This document shows, piece after piece, positions 52,871-64,000 of a DNA stretch of 64,000 bases. A program made the translations under genes and the position numbers. Source of the DNA: Eledone cirrhosa (taxonomy: Eukaryota); assembly GCA_964016885.1 (NCBI GenBank), contig OZ024741.1:310434001-310498000 (forward strand). Reading direction: 5' to 3'. Within the stretch, counting starts at the first letter, position 1. Each line of letters starts with the position of its first letter. Below the pieces are notes generated by a model. That model was not told the DNA's origin. It searched no databases and was given only the letters and a program-made list of their open reading frames with translations.

Positions 52871-55800
52871 CATTCCCCACAATTTGTTCTTACCTATTAA
52901 AGGAGATTAATAAAACATTTCCAAAAAGATGCACCCTTATTAAAATGAAGGCTTATTGTTGAAATGACTAAAATGGCCTTCTTGACCGAAGATGCGAGTC
53001 AACGTCTTTCGGCATCATAAGGTAGCACAACGGCAAATAAATATATTCTCTATTTCTTTTTCTCTCTTTCTAATCCGATTCAAATAATTATTTGGCAGTG
53101 AATCGATGGTTAATAGCATTTATTATTTGTAGTTATATTTCCATTCTAGGATGTATTCCATCATAACAGCACATTCTGCTTCCCAGCATCATGTATTAAA
53201 CTGTGAATTAATGCCGCAAATATTTGGGACGAATGAGTATTAAATAGAGCTTGGAGCAGATGTTACGTTGGGAGAACATTCGGACTACTATTACTACCAC
53301 TGACATGTGCGATATGTCTGTTGTCAACTCTACAAGACAAGGGAGCGGTTAACAACACTATCGCCTCCACCCTTCATCACCACCACTACCGCTACCACCA
53401 CCCTAAAACAACCAAGAAAAACAACATCAACAGCTTCAAGATAAACACTAATAACGGTAGCAGCAGCAACAACAACGGTAGTAACAACAACAAAAACAAC
53501 AAGAACGACAACACCAACAACAAGACCAACAATGAAAGCAACAACAAGCTCAAAGGCGGTGCCACATTTGCAGCGGCCGCAGCAAAAACAAGGCGCTTTA
53601 TTAACGTGGATATCAGCGATAAGGAACGACAGTTGGCCCAGGGGTGGAAACTGATTAAATGCGAGAAGTCCTGGGCCAACCTAACCACCACGGACGAGAA
53701 AATAGCAGCTATGCAAAATAGGACGGTATACTTTCGATGCATTTCAGTGCAGACTCGCAAAGTGGAATTCGCCAGCCAGGCAGAAGTCGAGGCTGCTTTG
53801 GAGTGCATCAAGAGTGATATTGAGTACAAAGCAAGGGCCAAGCAGTTTGGTACCATCTCGGTACTGTTCAAAACTGAGGCCCTTTCTATTAAGCACTCCG
53901 TAACCCCCTGCAGAGCAGAACGGATTATTATGCACCCCTCCTACATGGGTAAAAGGACAGCAAAGATCCGCATTCCTAGGATCCCACCAGGAATGAACAT
54001 ACGTTGGTTCTTGGGCTGCGTAATTTAGGAGGGCACAAACACTACCCTCCTAGATATTTAAAAGATGGAGAGAGAGGACTGGTCCGGAATGGATTTGGAG
54101 ATTCTTCTCCAAATGAAACCTAAACGACATCCCGGATTTTGCCCACCTGCAGGACGGGACAACGATTCAATTAATCGCTGAGTGAAGAAAGCCGAACTGC
54201 TTCGTCTGGGGGGAAGCAACGCATCTGCAAGCCTTCTGCCCTCAGCTAAAGAATGCAGGGTGTCGCAACTCTCCTTTGCTGCCAACGCCAGTGTCGACAA
54301 GGAAGCTTCCATCACCACCACCAACAACAACACCAACAATGACACGAGAAGACCCACCAACAGCAAAAACAGCCGGACCACCACCAACACCGAAACCAAC
54401 ACAAGGGGAAAACGAGGAAAGCTCTCCCACTCCTCCTACCCCTCAAAATATACACATGGACAAAGCCATAAACGGACACACAGACACAGATACACTCACA
54501 ACCACAGACCCTTTGTCTTCCAGTAGTGAATATGAAGGAAAACCGAAAACTGCCAAAACTAAAAGAGAAAATTCACAAAAAAGCGTCCTCAAAACACAAA
54601 AACATACACAACAAAAAATACAGACACTACCCACAGAAGAACAAATAAACACACAGACACCTGAAATTGCAGGCACCACACCTACAACAAACATGATCGT
54701 ACCCGAAACAACACCAACAAAACCATCATCATCACAGTCACCGAAACGAAAACAAATAAAACCACACCAACAAAACATTAAAAACTTCGTGCTAGTCAGA
54801 AGGGCCAACGAGAAATTGATGCCTCTCTTAACACGAAGCGAGGACATTCAAACAGATGGGGAGATCTTGGAATTGAAGATTTGTATCTGGTGCGAATGTC
54901 GATCGAATCTTACAAAGAAATTCGAGAGAGCTTTTCTTTTCTCAGGACGTAGGATCTTTTAAAGGGGTTCCCCCCAAAACGTCACCAATCATGGAAGTCG
55001 AACCACCCGACCTTCACAAGACCCCGGGAGGTAAGTAAACCTCTCTTCTATCTTTTAGCTTGCCAACATGCCCATATTAAGAGTAGGAAGTTTGGGGTCA
55101 CCCTGGAAGAAGGGTCGCCTGCTCAACGACATCAGGTCTCTGGAAATGGATGTGATTGCCGTCAGCGAGACCAGGATATCCGACACGCATGCACTAGCCG
55201 CCATTTTCAACGACTATCAGATCTTCGCATCTGTTAGCAGGCCGGGAATGGGAGGTGGGGTAGCAGTACTGTTTAGGAAAGGCCTGGATCACGAGATAAG
55301 GTCGATCTTTCGGGACCCGGACGGTACTTTCGTGGTCCTGGATGTGAACAATAACGAAGGTGGTGCCTTTAGACTGCTCGCCGTCTACTGGGGCCGGCGA
55401 CCAGACTTCTTTAGGCGCCTGGAAGCCTCTCTGGGTACGTCTCGCCTCTTAGTGTTAGCGCGGGACTGGAACGGCATCTTAGACGGACGCTGGGATTGTG
55501 TGAGAGTAGCTGATAGCACCTAATCAGCCAGTTCCAACTGTCTGACAGCTACCGACGAGATTTCCCCAATGCGCCAGTGTGGACGTGGACCAAGCGCATA
55601 GGGTCGTCTAGATCGTATATCGACGGTATCTTCATTAGGAAAATAGATAGAAATAGTGTAGGCTGCGCACTTTTTAAAACAGTCGCCTATTCAAATCACA
55701 AATTTGTGATCTGTATGGTCGACCTAAATAAAACGCGTAGATTGGGACCTGGTTACTGGAAGCTGAACATCTCACTTCCGGCACGTAAGGCTTACAGGGA

Positions 55801-58625
55801 CCAGGTCAACAATTTAGTTAAGCAAAAGTTGACAGGGGGCATCGCCAACAACAGATGATGGGTGGGGGGTGCTCACAAAAGAAAGATGAGAGTAACTTTG
55901 ATAGGGTTTAACAAAGAAGTAGCGTTAGAGAAAAATAGAAAGGAAGGGGAGCTGGTAGATAAGTTAGACGAGGCTATTTGTAGTGGCATTGCAATGGACA
56001 TGCTAGCGGCGAGAATTGCATTAGACCATTTCTTCAATGCGAAACTCGAAGGTTGCATTGTCAGAGCTAAGGCGCGTGCGCTGAGAAACGATGGAACCAA
56101 AGCTGTTCGATGGGCCCGCGTGGCGGAGGCGCAGCAGTATAATAAAACCAGAATTCGGTCTTTGGCGGACCGAGACGGATACGAGATAAGCGATTCCAAG
56201 CGGATGTGTGAGACCTTTCGCCAGCACTTTGCTCGATTGTTAGGGTAGAGTGGCGAGTCAGAGAGAGTAGCGGATTTCAGTCCCTACACTGACGGCTTGC
56301 CGCGCATCTCGACGGTCGACGCTGAGCGTTGCGAAAGGCCGATTACTTCAGCCGAAATTCAGGACGCCCTTGTCGACTGCATGAGGCGCAAATCCCCTGG
56401 TTTGGATGGCCTGCCCTACGGGCTTTACGTAAATATGCCAGACATGCTCCCGATCTCCTCGAATCACTCTACTGCAACTGGCAGCAAAATGGGAGTATCC
56501 CCAGTTCTGTGAGCAGGGGAGTGGTGACGCTGATGAGGAAAGACGAGAACAAGAGTGATACAACTTCAGGCCCATAACTCTGCTCAACACAGAGTTTAAG
56601 ATTTGGGCCAAGGTGTTAGCAAAGAGATTGGCGCTTGTCGTCGAGGATTTGGTTGGGGAGGCGCAAATTTGCGCAATCCCAGCCAGGTCCATACACGACA
56701 ATCTCCACCTCATGCGATACATCATAGAGAGGGTAGGGTGTAAACCTGGCTTCGGTGGGTCACTGATCAATTTAGATCAATCAAAAGCATTCGATAGGTC
56801 GACCATCGGTATCGGAGTTTGTCAGAAGCTGGATCGCTGCAATGCACAGCGGCACACGCTCGTCGGTCAAGTTTAATGGCCACCTCTCGGAACCATTTCG
56901 GCTCTCCCGATCGGTTCGTCAAGGGTGCCCTCTCTCTTCCCTTCTGTACGTATTGACTCTCGAGCCTTTACTGCGGAAGCTGGAGCTGTTGCAGGGCATC
57001 CCGCTCGAACCGGGACGTGGAAAGGCGGTGTCGGGTTATGCCGTGATGGTGTCGAACAACTCAGAAACCGAGGTGGTCGACACCTTATTGAAGGAATATG
57101 AAACGTTGACAGGAGCCAAATCCGACAGCTCGGAACCTGGAGAGGAAAGCCCATGCCGTCCAATAGCGTCGTGGGGCGCTGGACGGACGGACCGGTAAAG
57201 TTGCTCGGGGTTTGGTTCGGACCAGACCTCCAGGTGGAAAAGAATTGGGACGCGGTAACGAGCAGAGTAGCCAGTCTCACCCAAAAATGGGCTGGGAGGA
57301 ATCTATCACTGAAAGGTCGCCTGACCGTCGTGCCTTGATCCCGTCCGCGCCTCATCAAGTTGGAAAGGCTCCTCTTCAAATTCTTGTGGAGGGGACAAGT
57401 TCCGTTGGTGAGGCGGTCCATCTGCTGCCAGCACCCTCTACGTGGAGGGCTGGGCATGCCGTGGCTCATGATGCACAGACATGTGTTGAGGCTGCGACAT
57501 CTCCAGATATTCTGCCTAAACGGTGAACAGGTGTGGTCGCCGTTTATCAGACGAGCCTTTCCGCAGCTCGTTTCTTTGACTGAGCTGCAGTCCTGGGTCA
57601 AGAAGAGACCGAGACTGGGTGACTGGCACCTGGAATGTTGCCAGGCACTCACTGCCCTCTACCAAGCCGGAAATGCGATCAGTGGAACTTTCACTCTCGA
57701 GATCTATAGAGCATTAGTGGTGGGCAAGTGCGATGACGCACTCGGAGAAGCTTTGGGCCTCGACGAAGTCGAACTGACCAGTTTGTACCAGAGGACCTTT
57801 GAGCCGGGGACGATGGACAATTTCCAGAAATCCCTCGCTTGGCAGTGCTACCGGGAGCACTGCCGGTTCGGGATAATCTCTACAGGCACGGAAGTGCTGT
57901 CAGACGGACCTGCCCAAGATGCGCACAGAACGACGAAACTGTTCTGCACGCACTTGTCCAATGTCTGTGCATTACTGACTTCTGGAGTTATGTCGAACAG
58001 CTACTGTCGCGTGTGGAACGAATCTGTCTATCGGCCGAGTCCATAGTGAAGATCGACCCGCCGCCTTCCTTAGGTCAGGAAGAGCAGGACATTTTCCTCT
58101 TCCTGGTGGCAGTTGCGAGAGAGGTTATATGGTGAACCAGATTAAAAGGACTGAAGACAGGCACTTTTCTCTTCGGCGAATCCCTCATCAACTTCTTCAA
58201 GTTTCACCTGGAAAGGAAGGTTAGGGTGGAGAGAGAAGTGCTTCCCCCCAGTACATTTGCTAAAGGGTGGATGAATGTGGCGAAAATGGCCCGTGTGAAT
58301 GGGCCTACTCTGACCATGCGCCTATAGGCTAGCTAACTTGAGGAGAGGGGTGCTCTTCCTGTGTTCCCTAGAAGCGCAGGGTGGTTCAGGATTGGTGGGG
58401 TTCCCGAGTCACACCAGAGTCGTCCACCCCCTTTCGGGGAATTTATTTAGTTATATTTATGCATAGTTTATTTTATAATTTTTATATCTTCATTGTTAAA
58501 TTAGTCTTGCCATTGTGCACATTTACTCGAACTTATTGTAAACCCCCACAGTCCCTGTCTTTGTATTGTCCCCTACATGTCGGCACTTGTGGCTAATAAA
58601 TGAAATCATTATCATTACTATTGTT

Positions 58626-59512
58626 CTTTGAGTCTCAGTCATTGATGTTAGTTAACTGGAAAGTTTGTTGAAATGAATGTCAAGCCACTACCTGCAGCCT
58701 ATGAGATTCAGGACGTATCGGAGGGTTTCTGCTGTTCCCAGCAAGCATGCCTTTTGAATCGTTCCAAAAAGCGTGGCGGGGCCAATTTTCTTTAACCATC
58801 CCTGGAAACTTTTTGAGATAGTACCTAGTGCGCCTATGACAATCGGGATCACTTTGACTTCATGGCAGTTCCAAATCCTTTTTACCTCCCACTTTAAGTC
58901 CTGGTATCGGTTAATTTTATCCCTCTCCTTCTCTTGCACTCTCGTGTCGAATGGGCAGGCCACATCGACAATCAGGCACGATCTTTTTTCTCTGTCCAAA
59001 ACCACCAGGTCAGGTCTATTGTGTTCCAGTTTCTTGTCCGTCTGTATCCTAAAATCCCACAGCGCCTTCACCTGATCGTTTTCTATCACCGACTCTGGCT
59101 TATGCTCACACCACTTCTCAGAATGTGGTAAATTGTTTACTTTGCATAGGTGCCAGTGGACCACCCTGCCCATCACATCATGTCTCCAGCCTTTATAGTG
59201 AGTCTGGGTTAGGTGTTTACACTCGGATACAATGTGAGCCACAGTCTCCTCTCTCTCTCCACATATCCTGCACAGTGGGCTAGCCTCCTCCTTGTAAATA
59301 TGGTGTTTCAACCACTTCGTTTTGAGGGCCTGCTCTTGCGCAGCCATTAGCATTCCTTCTGTAGCCTTTTTAAGTCTCCTCTTTTCAACCAGTTCCATGT
59401 CTGTGGATCTCTGAATTCAGTTTTCTCAAAGAAGGTACTATGAAGGGATTTTTCATAAAGGCTGCTCTTTCTCCTTGTTGTTATTGAAGGCTTCTCTTTC
59501 TCCTTGTTGTTA
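58626..59512 (-). mobile_element. R4/Dong-clade LINE, 5'-truncated tandem copy
   Basis: ORF 58688-59398 is nearly identical to the C-terminus of the 1130-aa ORF and has the same 3' UTR. Confidence 0.92.
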
Positions 59513-59617
59513 TATTATTATTATTATTATTGTTATTGTTATTCCTTGAATCTCAGTCATTGATGTTGGTTAACTGGAAAGTCCGTTGGAATGAATATCA
59601 AGCCACTACCTGCAGCC

Positions 59618-62600
59618 TCAGATATTCAGGACGTATCGGAGGGTTCTTGCTGTTCCAAGCAAGCATGCCTTTTGAAGCGTTCCAAAAAGCGTGAAGGGGC
59701 CGATTTTCTTTAACCATCCCTGGAAACCTTTGGAGATAGTCCCCAGTGCGCCTATGACAATCGGGATCACTTTGACTTCATGGCAGTTCCAAATCCTTTT
59801 CACCTCCCACTTTAGGTCCTGGTATCGGTTAATTTTCTCCCTCTCCTTCTCTTGCACTCTCGTGTCGAACGGGCAGGCCACATCCACAATCAGGCACGAT
59901 CTTTTTTTTTTGTCCACAACCACCAGGTCAGGTCTATTGTGTTCCAGTTTTTTGTCCGTCTGTATCCTAAAATCCCACAGCACCTTCACCTGACTGTTCT
60001 CCATCACCGCCTCTGGCCTATGCTCATACCATTTCTCAGAATGTGGTAGATTGTTTACTTTGCACAGGTGCCAGTGGATCACCCTGCCCATCACATCGTG
60101 TCTCCAGCCCTTATAGTGGGTCTGGGCTAGGTGTTTACACTCGGACACAATGTGAGCCACAGTCTCCTCTCTCTCTCCACAGATCCTGCACAGTGGGCTA
60201 GCCTCCTCCTTGTAGACATGGTGCTTCAACCACTTCGTTTTGAGGGCCTGCTCCTGCGCAGCCATTAGCATTCCTTCTGTAGCCTTTTTGAGGTCTCCTC
60301 TTCTCAACCAGTTCCATGTCTGTGGATCTCTAAATTCAGTTTTCTCAAAGAAGGTACTATGAAGGGATTTTCCCTTAAGGCTGCTCTTCCTCCTTGGTGT
60401 TATTTCCTCCTTGGACATCCCCTGGCCTACTGTCCCCTCCTTCAGTACAGTTCTGAGCATTGGCTCCTTACTATAGGTCACGTATTTGTATAGGTTGTTT
60501 TTCTCCATCTGAACACAGTCCTCTATGCTGATAAGACCTCTTCCACCCTCAGATCTCCTTAGGTAGAGTCTATCGACATCACTCCTCTTGTGGAACATGT
60601 TGTAGATAGTCAATAGCTTCCTAGTCTTCCTATCCATTTCTTTTTGTTCAGCAACATTCCATCTCAGAATTCCCGCACTGTACCTAATAATAGACACAGC
60701 TCGGGAATTTACTGCGCTTATGGCATTTCTGCTGTTCAGATGTGACTTCAATACGCTCCTTACTCTCCGAATGTATTCAGTTCTTAACAATTCCTTCATT
60801 TTTTTGTTCTTTATGCCATCAGCCTCCAGAACGCCCAAATACTTGTATCCTTCCTCAGAGTCAATTTCCTTTATCATCTCACCTGTTGGTATCTGGATCC
60901 CGTTACTTCTGCTCAACCCACCCCTCCTCATCACAATGACTCCACATTTACCAATACCAAACTGCATACATATATCACTGCTGAAAATACGGACAGTGTC
61001 AACAAGCACATCCAACTCCTTCTCACTTTTCCCGAAGAGCTTAAGATCGTCCATGAAGAGGAGGTGATTGATGGTAAGCTCTCCCCTTCCCAACTTGTAT
61101 CCTGCTCTCACTTTTCGCAGCATAATGGTCAAGGGCATCAGGGCAAGGACAAACAACAGAGGGGACAGGCTATCTCCCTGGAAGATACCTCTCTTGATCT
61201 TCACGCTTCCTAAGGATACTCCAGTTGATGTCAACTCTGTCTCCCAGGACCCCATACTCCTGCCCAGCAACTGTCTGATGTTATCTGCCACCCTGAAGAT
61301 CTCCAGGCTTTTGGTGATCCAGGAATGAGGCACCATGTCAAATGCCTTTCTGTAGTCTATCCATCCCATGGCAAGATCAGTGTGTCTCCTCCTGCAATTC
61401 CCCATTACCATCTTATCAATAAGCAACTGGTCCTTTGTACCACGTGACTTCTTTCGGCATCCTTTCTGTTCGTCCGGTAACAAGTTGTTTGTGTGGAGGT
61501 GATGGTAGATTTCCTCAGACACAATGCTCGTCAACAGTTTCCACATTACGGGCAGACATGTGATAGGTCTATAGTTGGTAACATCATTACCCTTGATTCG
61601 GTCTTTCATTATCAGAACTGTGGTACCTTTTGTCAACCACTCTGGCACCTCACCCGACACCAAGCAGTCATTGAACATGGCCGTCAGCTTCGGGTGGAGG
61701 GATGTTAAATGTTTAATCCAATACCCCTGCACACCATCTGGGCCTGGTGATTTCCAGTTGGTTAGTTTTTTGGCTTGCCCCTTAAGAGTTTCAACTGTGA
61801 TACTCAAATCAGTCTGTTGTTGTGCCTGCTCATCGATCTCCCTCTGTACTGTCTCAATCCACCCTGCCTGGGCATTGTGTCTAACATCCTGCTCCCATAT
61901 TCCTCTCCAGAATGTTTTAGCTTGTTCCGCCCCAGGGATCAAGTCGTTGCCTCTTTCTTTCCCCTCAAGCTGTCCAAACAGCATCTTCTGGTTGTTGTCG
62001 AACATGCGGTTCTGTTTATACTGACTGACTCTGTTCTCGTATCGCCTGATTTTGGCACTCTTTGCTACAATGCGTTGCTTCAATTCCTCTATGATAATAT
62101 TTAGCTTTTTACTCCTAGTTTTGTATTTTATTTCCAGTCTATTTTTAGTGCCTATGTTTTTTAGTGTCCCATTCAGTAGTGACTCAAGCTTTCCTATGTC
62201 ATTTCTCATTTCCCCGATTTGCCCACTCAGTCGCTTCTTCCACCACGGCTCTGCTCTTTCTTGTCTGTTGTTTCCTCTCGCTTTTATACCAAGTAGTTTC
62301 CTCACCGTATTTGCTGTTGCTTTGAGGATATTGTTGCACTGGTGAAGGCTCCTCGCCTCAAGGTATGGGATGACTTTGTTTACCTTAGCTGTTGTTTCTT
62401 TTAACTTTTTCCTGTCTACAAATCTTAGGTTCATAGGTCTCCCACTATCATTGTTCAATTCATCTACCACTAAATTTAGGATGTCAACCGAATCTTGTCC
62501 TAGCCCGTCAGCATTCATCTCCTCAGTGGCCGTATCTCTGTTCCAAGTATTATTTATCTCAGTATTCAGATCATTGTCTGCTTCGGGTGGTTCCTCCGTT

Positions 62601-63010
62601 CTCAGGACCTCCTCACCTTCATTTCCCACCGGCTCGCTTGTCTGGCATACTACACCCGCCATCTCCAAGCCATTCTCTCTGCTCAGTTCCTCCAGTTCCA
62701 GCTCGCTTATCCACCCATTAGTTCTTATTACCCGAGCCTGCCCGGCCAATTTTTGTTCATCTAATTTAAATAAACCAATCTCGTTCCAGATGTTATGCAT
62801 CCGTCTCCTGTAGCCCCTCTCCTTGGGGTTACTTTTCAGGTAGCATTGCATAACAGTTCTATTCAATTCTTTCGTCCAGTTGGTTCTGGCCCCTTTCCTT
62901 CTTCTTCTTCCTCCAACATCAGCAGTATTTGGTTGACAGTCAGGTTCCTGCTGCTGAGCCAGGGGGCACCTGTTGGGTGAGAGTCTGTCACATGACGTTC
63001 TAGTCTCCAT
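59618..63010 (-). CDS. Intact RT + CCHC + restriction-like endonuclease polyprotein of an R4/Dong-clade retrotransposon
   Basis: 1130 aa with no stops: NWKSPGPDG, YRPITCL, WIDYRKAFDMVPH, RGIFQGDSLSPLLF, HLLFMDDLKL, YKYLG, GGRGL, CRIC..ETVAHIVSEC, RHD, NRPDLV..D..K..Y. The 3' end abuts a (TAA)n-type tract at 59513-59543. Confidence 0.95.
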   Translation of the reverse strand: METRTSCDRLSPNRCPLAQQQEPDCQPNTADVGGRRRRKGARTNWTKELNRTVMQCYLKSNPKERGYRRRMHNIWNEIGLFKLDEQKLAGQARVIRTNGWISELELEELSRENGLEMAGVVCQTSEPVGNEGEEVLRTEEPPEADNDLNTEINNTWNRDTATEEMNADGLGQDSVDILNLVVDELNNDSGRPMNLRFVDRKKLKETTAKVNKVIPYLEARSLHQCNNILKATANTVRKLLGIKARGNNRQERAEPWWKKRLSGQIGEMRNDIGKLESLLNGTLKNIGTKNRLEIKYKTRSKKLNIIIEELKQRIVAKSAKIRRYENRVSQYKQNRMFDNNQKMLFGQLEGKERGNDLIPGAEQAKTFWRGIWEQDVRHNAQAGWIETVQREIDEQAQQQTDLSITVETLKGQAKKLTNWKSPGPDGVQGYWIKHLTSLHPKLTAMFNDCLVSGEVPEWLTKGTTVLIMKDRIKGNDVTNYRPITCLPVMWKLLTSIVSEEIYHHLHTNNLLPDEQKGCRKKSRGTKDQLLIDKMVMGNCRRRHTDLAMGWIDYRKAFDMVPHSWITKSLEIFRVADNIRQLLGRSMGSWETELTSTGVSLGSVKIKRGIFQGDSLSPLLFVLALMPLTIMLRKVRAGYKLGRGELTINHLLFMDDLKLFGKSEKELDVLVDTVRIFSSDICMQFGIGKCGVIVMRRGGLSRSNGIQIPTGEMIKEIDSEEGYKYLGVLEADGIKNKKMKELLRTEYIRRVRSVLKSHLNSRNAISAVNSRAVSIIRYSAGILRWNVAEQKEMDRKTRKLLTIYNMFHKRSDVDRLYLRRSEGGRGLISIEDCVQMEKNNLYKYVTYSKEPMLRTVLKEGTVGQGMSKEEITPRRKSSLKGKSLHSTFFEKTEFRDPQTWNWLRRGDLKKATEGMLMAAQEQALKTKWLKHHVYKEEASPLCRICGEREETVAHIVSECKHLAQTHYKGWRHDVMGRVIHWHLCKVNNLPHSEKWYEHRPEAVMENSQVKVLWDFRIQTDKKLEHNRPDLVVVDKKKRSCLIVDVACPFDTRVQEKEREKINRYQDLKWEVKRIWNCHEVKVIPIVIGALGTISKGFQGWLKKIGPFTLFGTLQKACLLGTARTLRYVLNI

Positions 63011-64000
63011 TTCACCGTTATTCGAACTGTTTATGTTCGATATTTAAACACTCTTATCGAGGATTGGTGAATGTATGTTTACATAGCCATCTGTGGATCC
63101 GCCATCCCACTTGGCCCTTGTGTGGCATTATCACCACGCTGTATACGAACACACATAAACAAACAAACACACGGGCAGAAAGGGCCCCAAAAATGAATAA
63201 GCATAAGTTTCATTGTAATGTAGTATTCGAATGTCTGACTTAGTTTTTGTTTTTTAAGTTTTACTTTTTCCCCCCTCTTCTCTGTCCGTCCGCCTGCCTC
63301 TCTCTTCATTCTTATTTTCTTTACGTTTTTGGGGTTTCTTTTTTTGTTTTTGTTTTTCTCTGTTTGTTTTTCTCGTTTTTGCTGTTGTTGCTGTGCTGCT
63401 TTGGTTTTGTTGTTTGTTTTTTCTTTTTTCTTTTGAGTCTATCTATATATTTTGATGCCTTCCTCTTTGTTAGTAGTAGGAATTCTATAGTGTGGAAGTA
63501 GCAGCCAGCAGGGAGAAGTGGGAGACTGGTGGCGGTAGCGATACTGAGACAGTGGTGGTGGTGATGTCGATACCGAGGCAGTGGTGGCGGTGATGCGACC
63601 GTATTACTGTAGTGATGGTGCTGTAGCGGTGGCAGCAGTGAAGGAGTCAAGGGGGGGTGGCGGCGGTGATGGGATAGTGGTGGTAATGATGGCCGTAGTG
63701 AGCGGTGGCGGTGAAAGGTGAAAATGTCGTTATGTGGCTGTTGTGTTTAGTGTACACAGATGATGGGGTGGGTGGTGTATCTAGTTTCTGGTGTTGGTGA
63801 GTTTAGCTGTCCTATATAGTGTAGCCAGAGGAGAGGAGGGGGGGGTTCTTCTTCTTCCATTTATAGCCATTTTCTTTTTTGGATATACAGTGTACAATAC
63901 AAAGTTGAATATTTGAATATTTGAGCCTTATAACAATATATTTTGGGTCCGAATTTTTTGGGGCTCAAGCCGGGTGCTTTACGTAGCATTTGTACTAAGA

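Larger units (their letters stand above)
39730..53455 (+). repeat. Segmental duplication copy B (with extra CRE and SINE insertions)
   Basis: See copy A. Includes the duplicated Tx1 relic (39730-40615), PLE RT fragment (43360-43570) and nested RTEs with (GAA)n at 45350-45425. Confidence 0.92.
48860..58622 (+). mobile_element. Near-full-length, decayed Tx1/L1-clade LINE (interrupted by the 49098-53283 insertion)
   Basis: ORF1 remnants 53321-55040 with a degenerate CCHC knuckle near 54195-54240. ORF2 55068-58325 has APE motifs, SPGLDGLP, RPITLLN, LDQSKAFDR, SVRQGCPLS, GGLGMP and CPRC..ETVLHALVQC, with many frameshifts. It ends AATAAA..(ATT)-like tail. Confidence 0.9.

Overview
Eukaryotic, AT-rich and almost entirely repeat-derived DNA. 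The dense (TA)n/(CA)n/(GA)n microsatellites and the SINE types suggest an animal, most likely a cephalopod such as Octopus (inference). The only convincing host-gene piece is one 132-bp phase 1-1 EGF-like exon on the minus strand (28874-29005), so the window is probably mostly intron of a MEGF/SREC-type gene. The rest is a stack of transposons: several Penelope-like elements (PLEs), Tx1/L1-clade, RTE, CRE-clade and R4/Dong-clade LINEs (one with an intact 1130-aa ORF), a hAT relic, a maT/DD37D-type mariner and tRNA-derived SINEs. About 10 kb (~9.0-19.3 kb) recurs as a diverged direct duplication at ~39.7-53.5 kb with different insertions. The most interesting pattern is a set of unrelated short asymmetric fold-back elements lying in or beside microsatellites or AT-rich tracts. 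They share the architecture of the 3.9-kb Penelope palindrome in the window, several carry hammerhead-ribozyme cores, and one has a tRNA head, so they may be a system of non-autonomous PLE partners. An HDV-ribozyme-like pseudoknot topology also precedes the intact R4/Dong ORF. All alignments were made by eye and boundaries are approximate unless stated.
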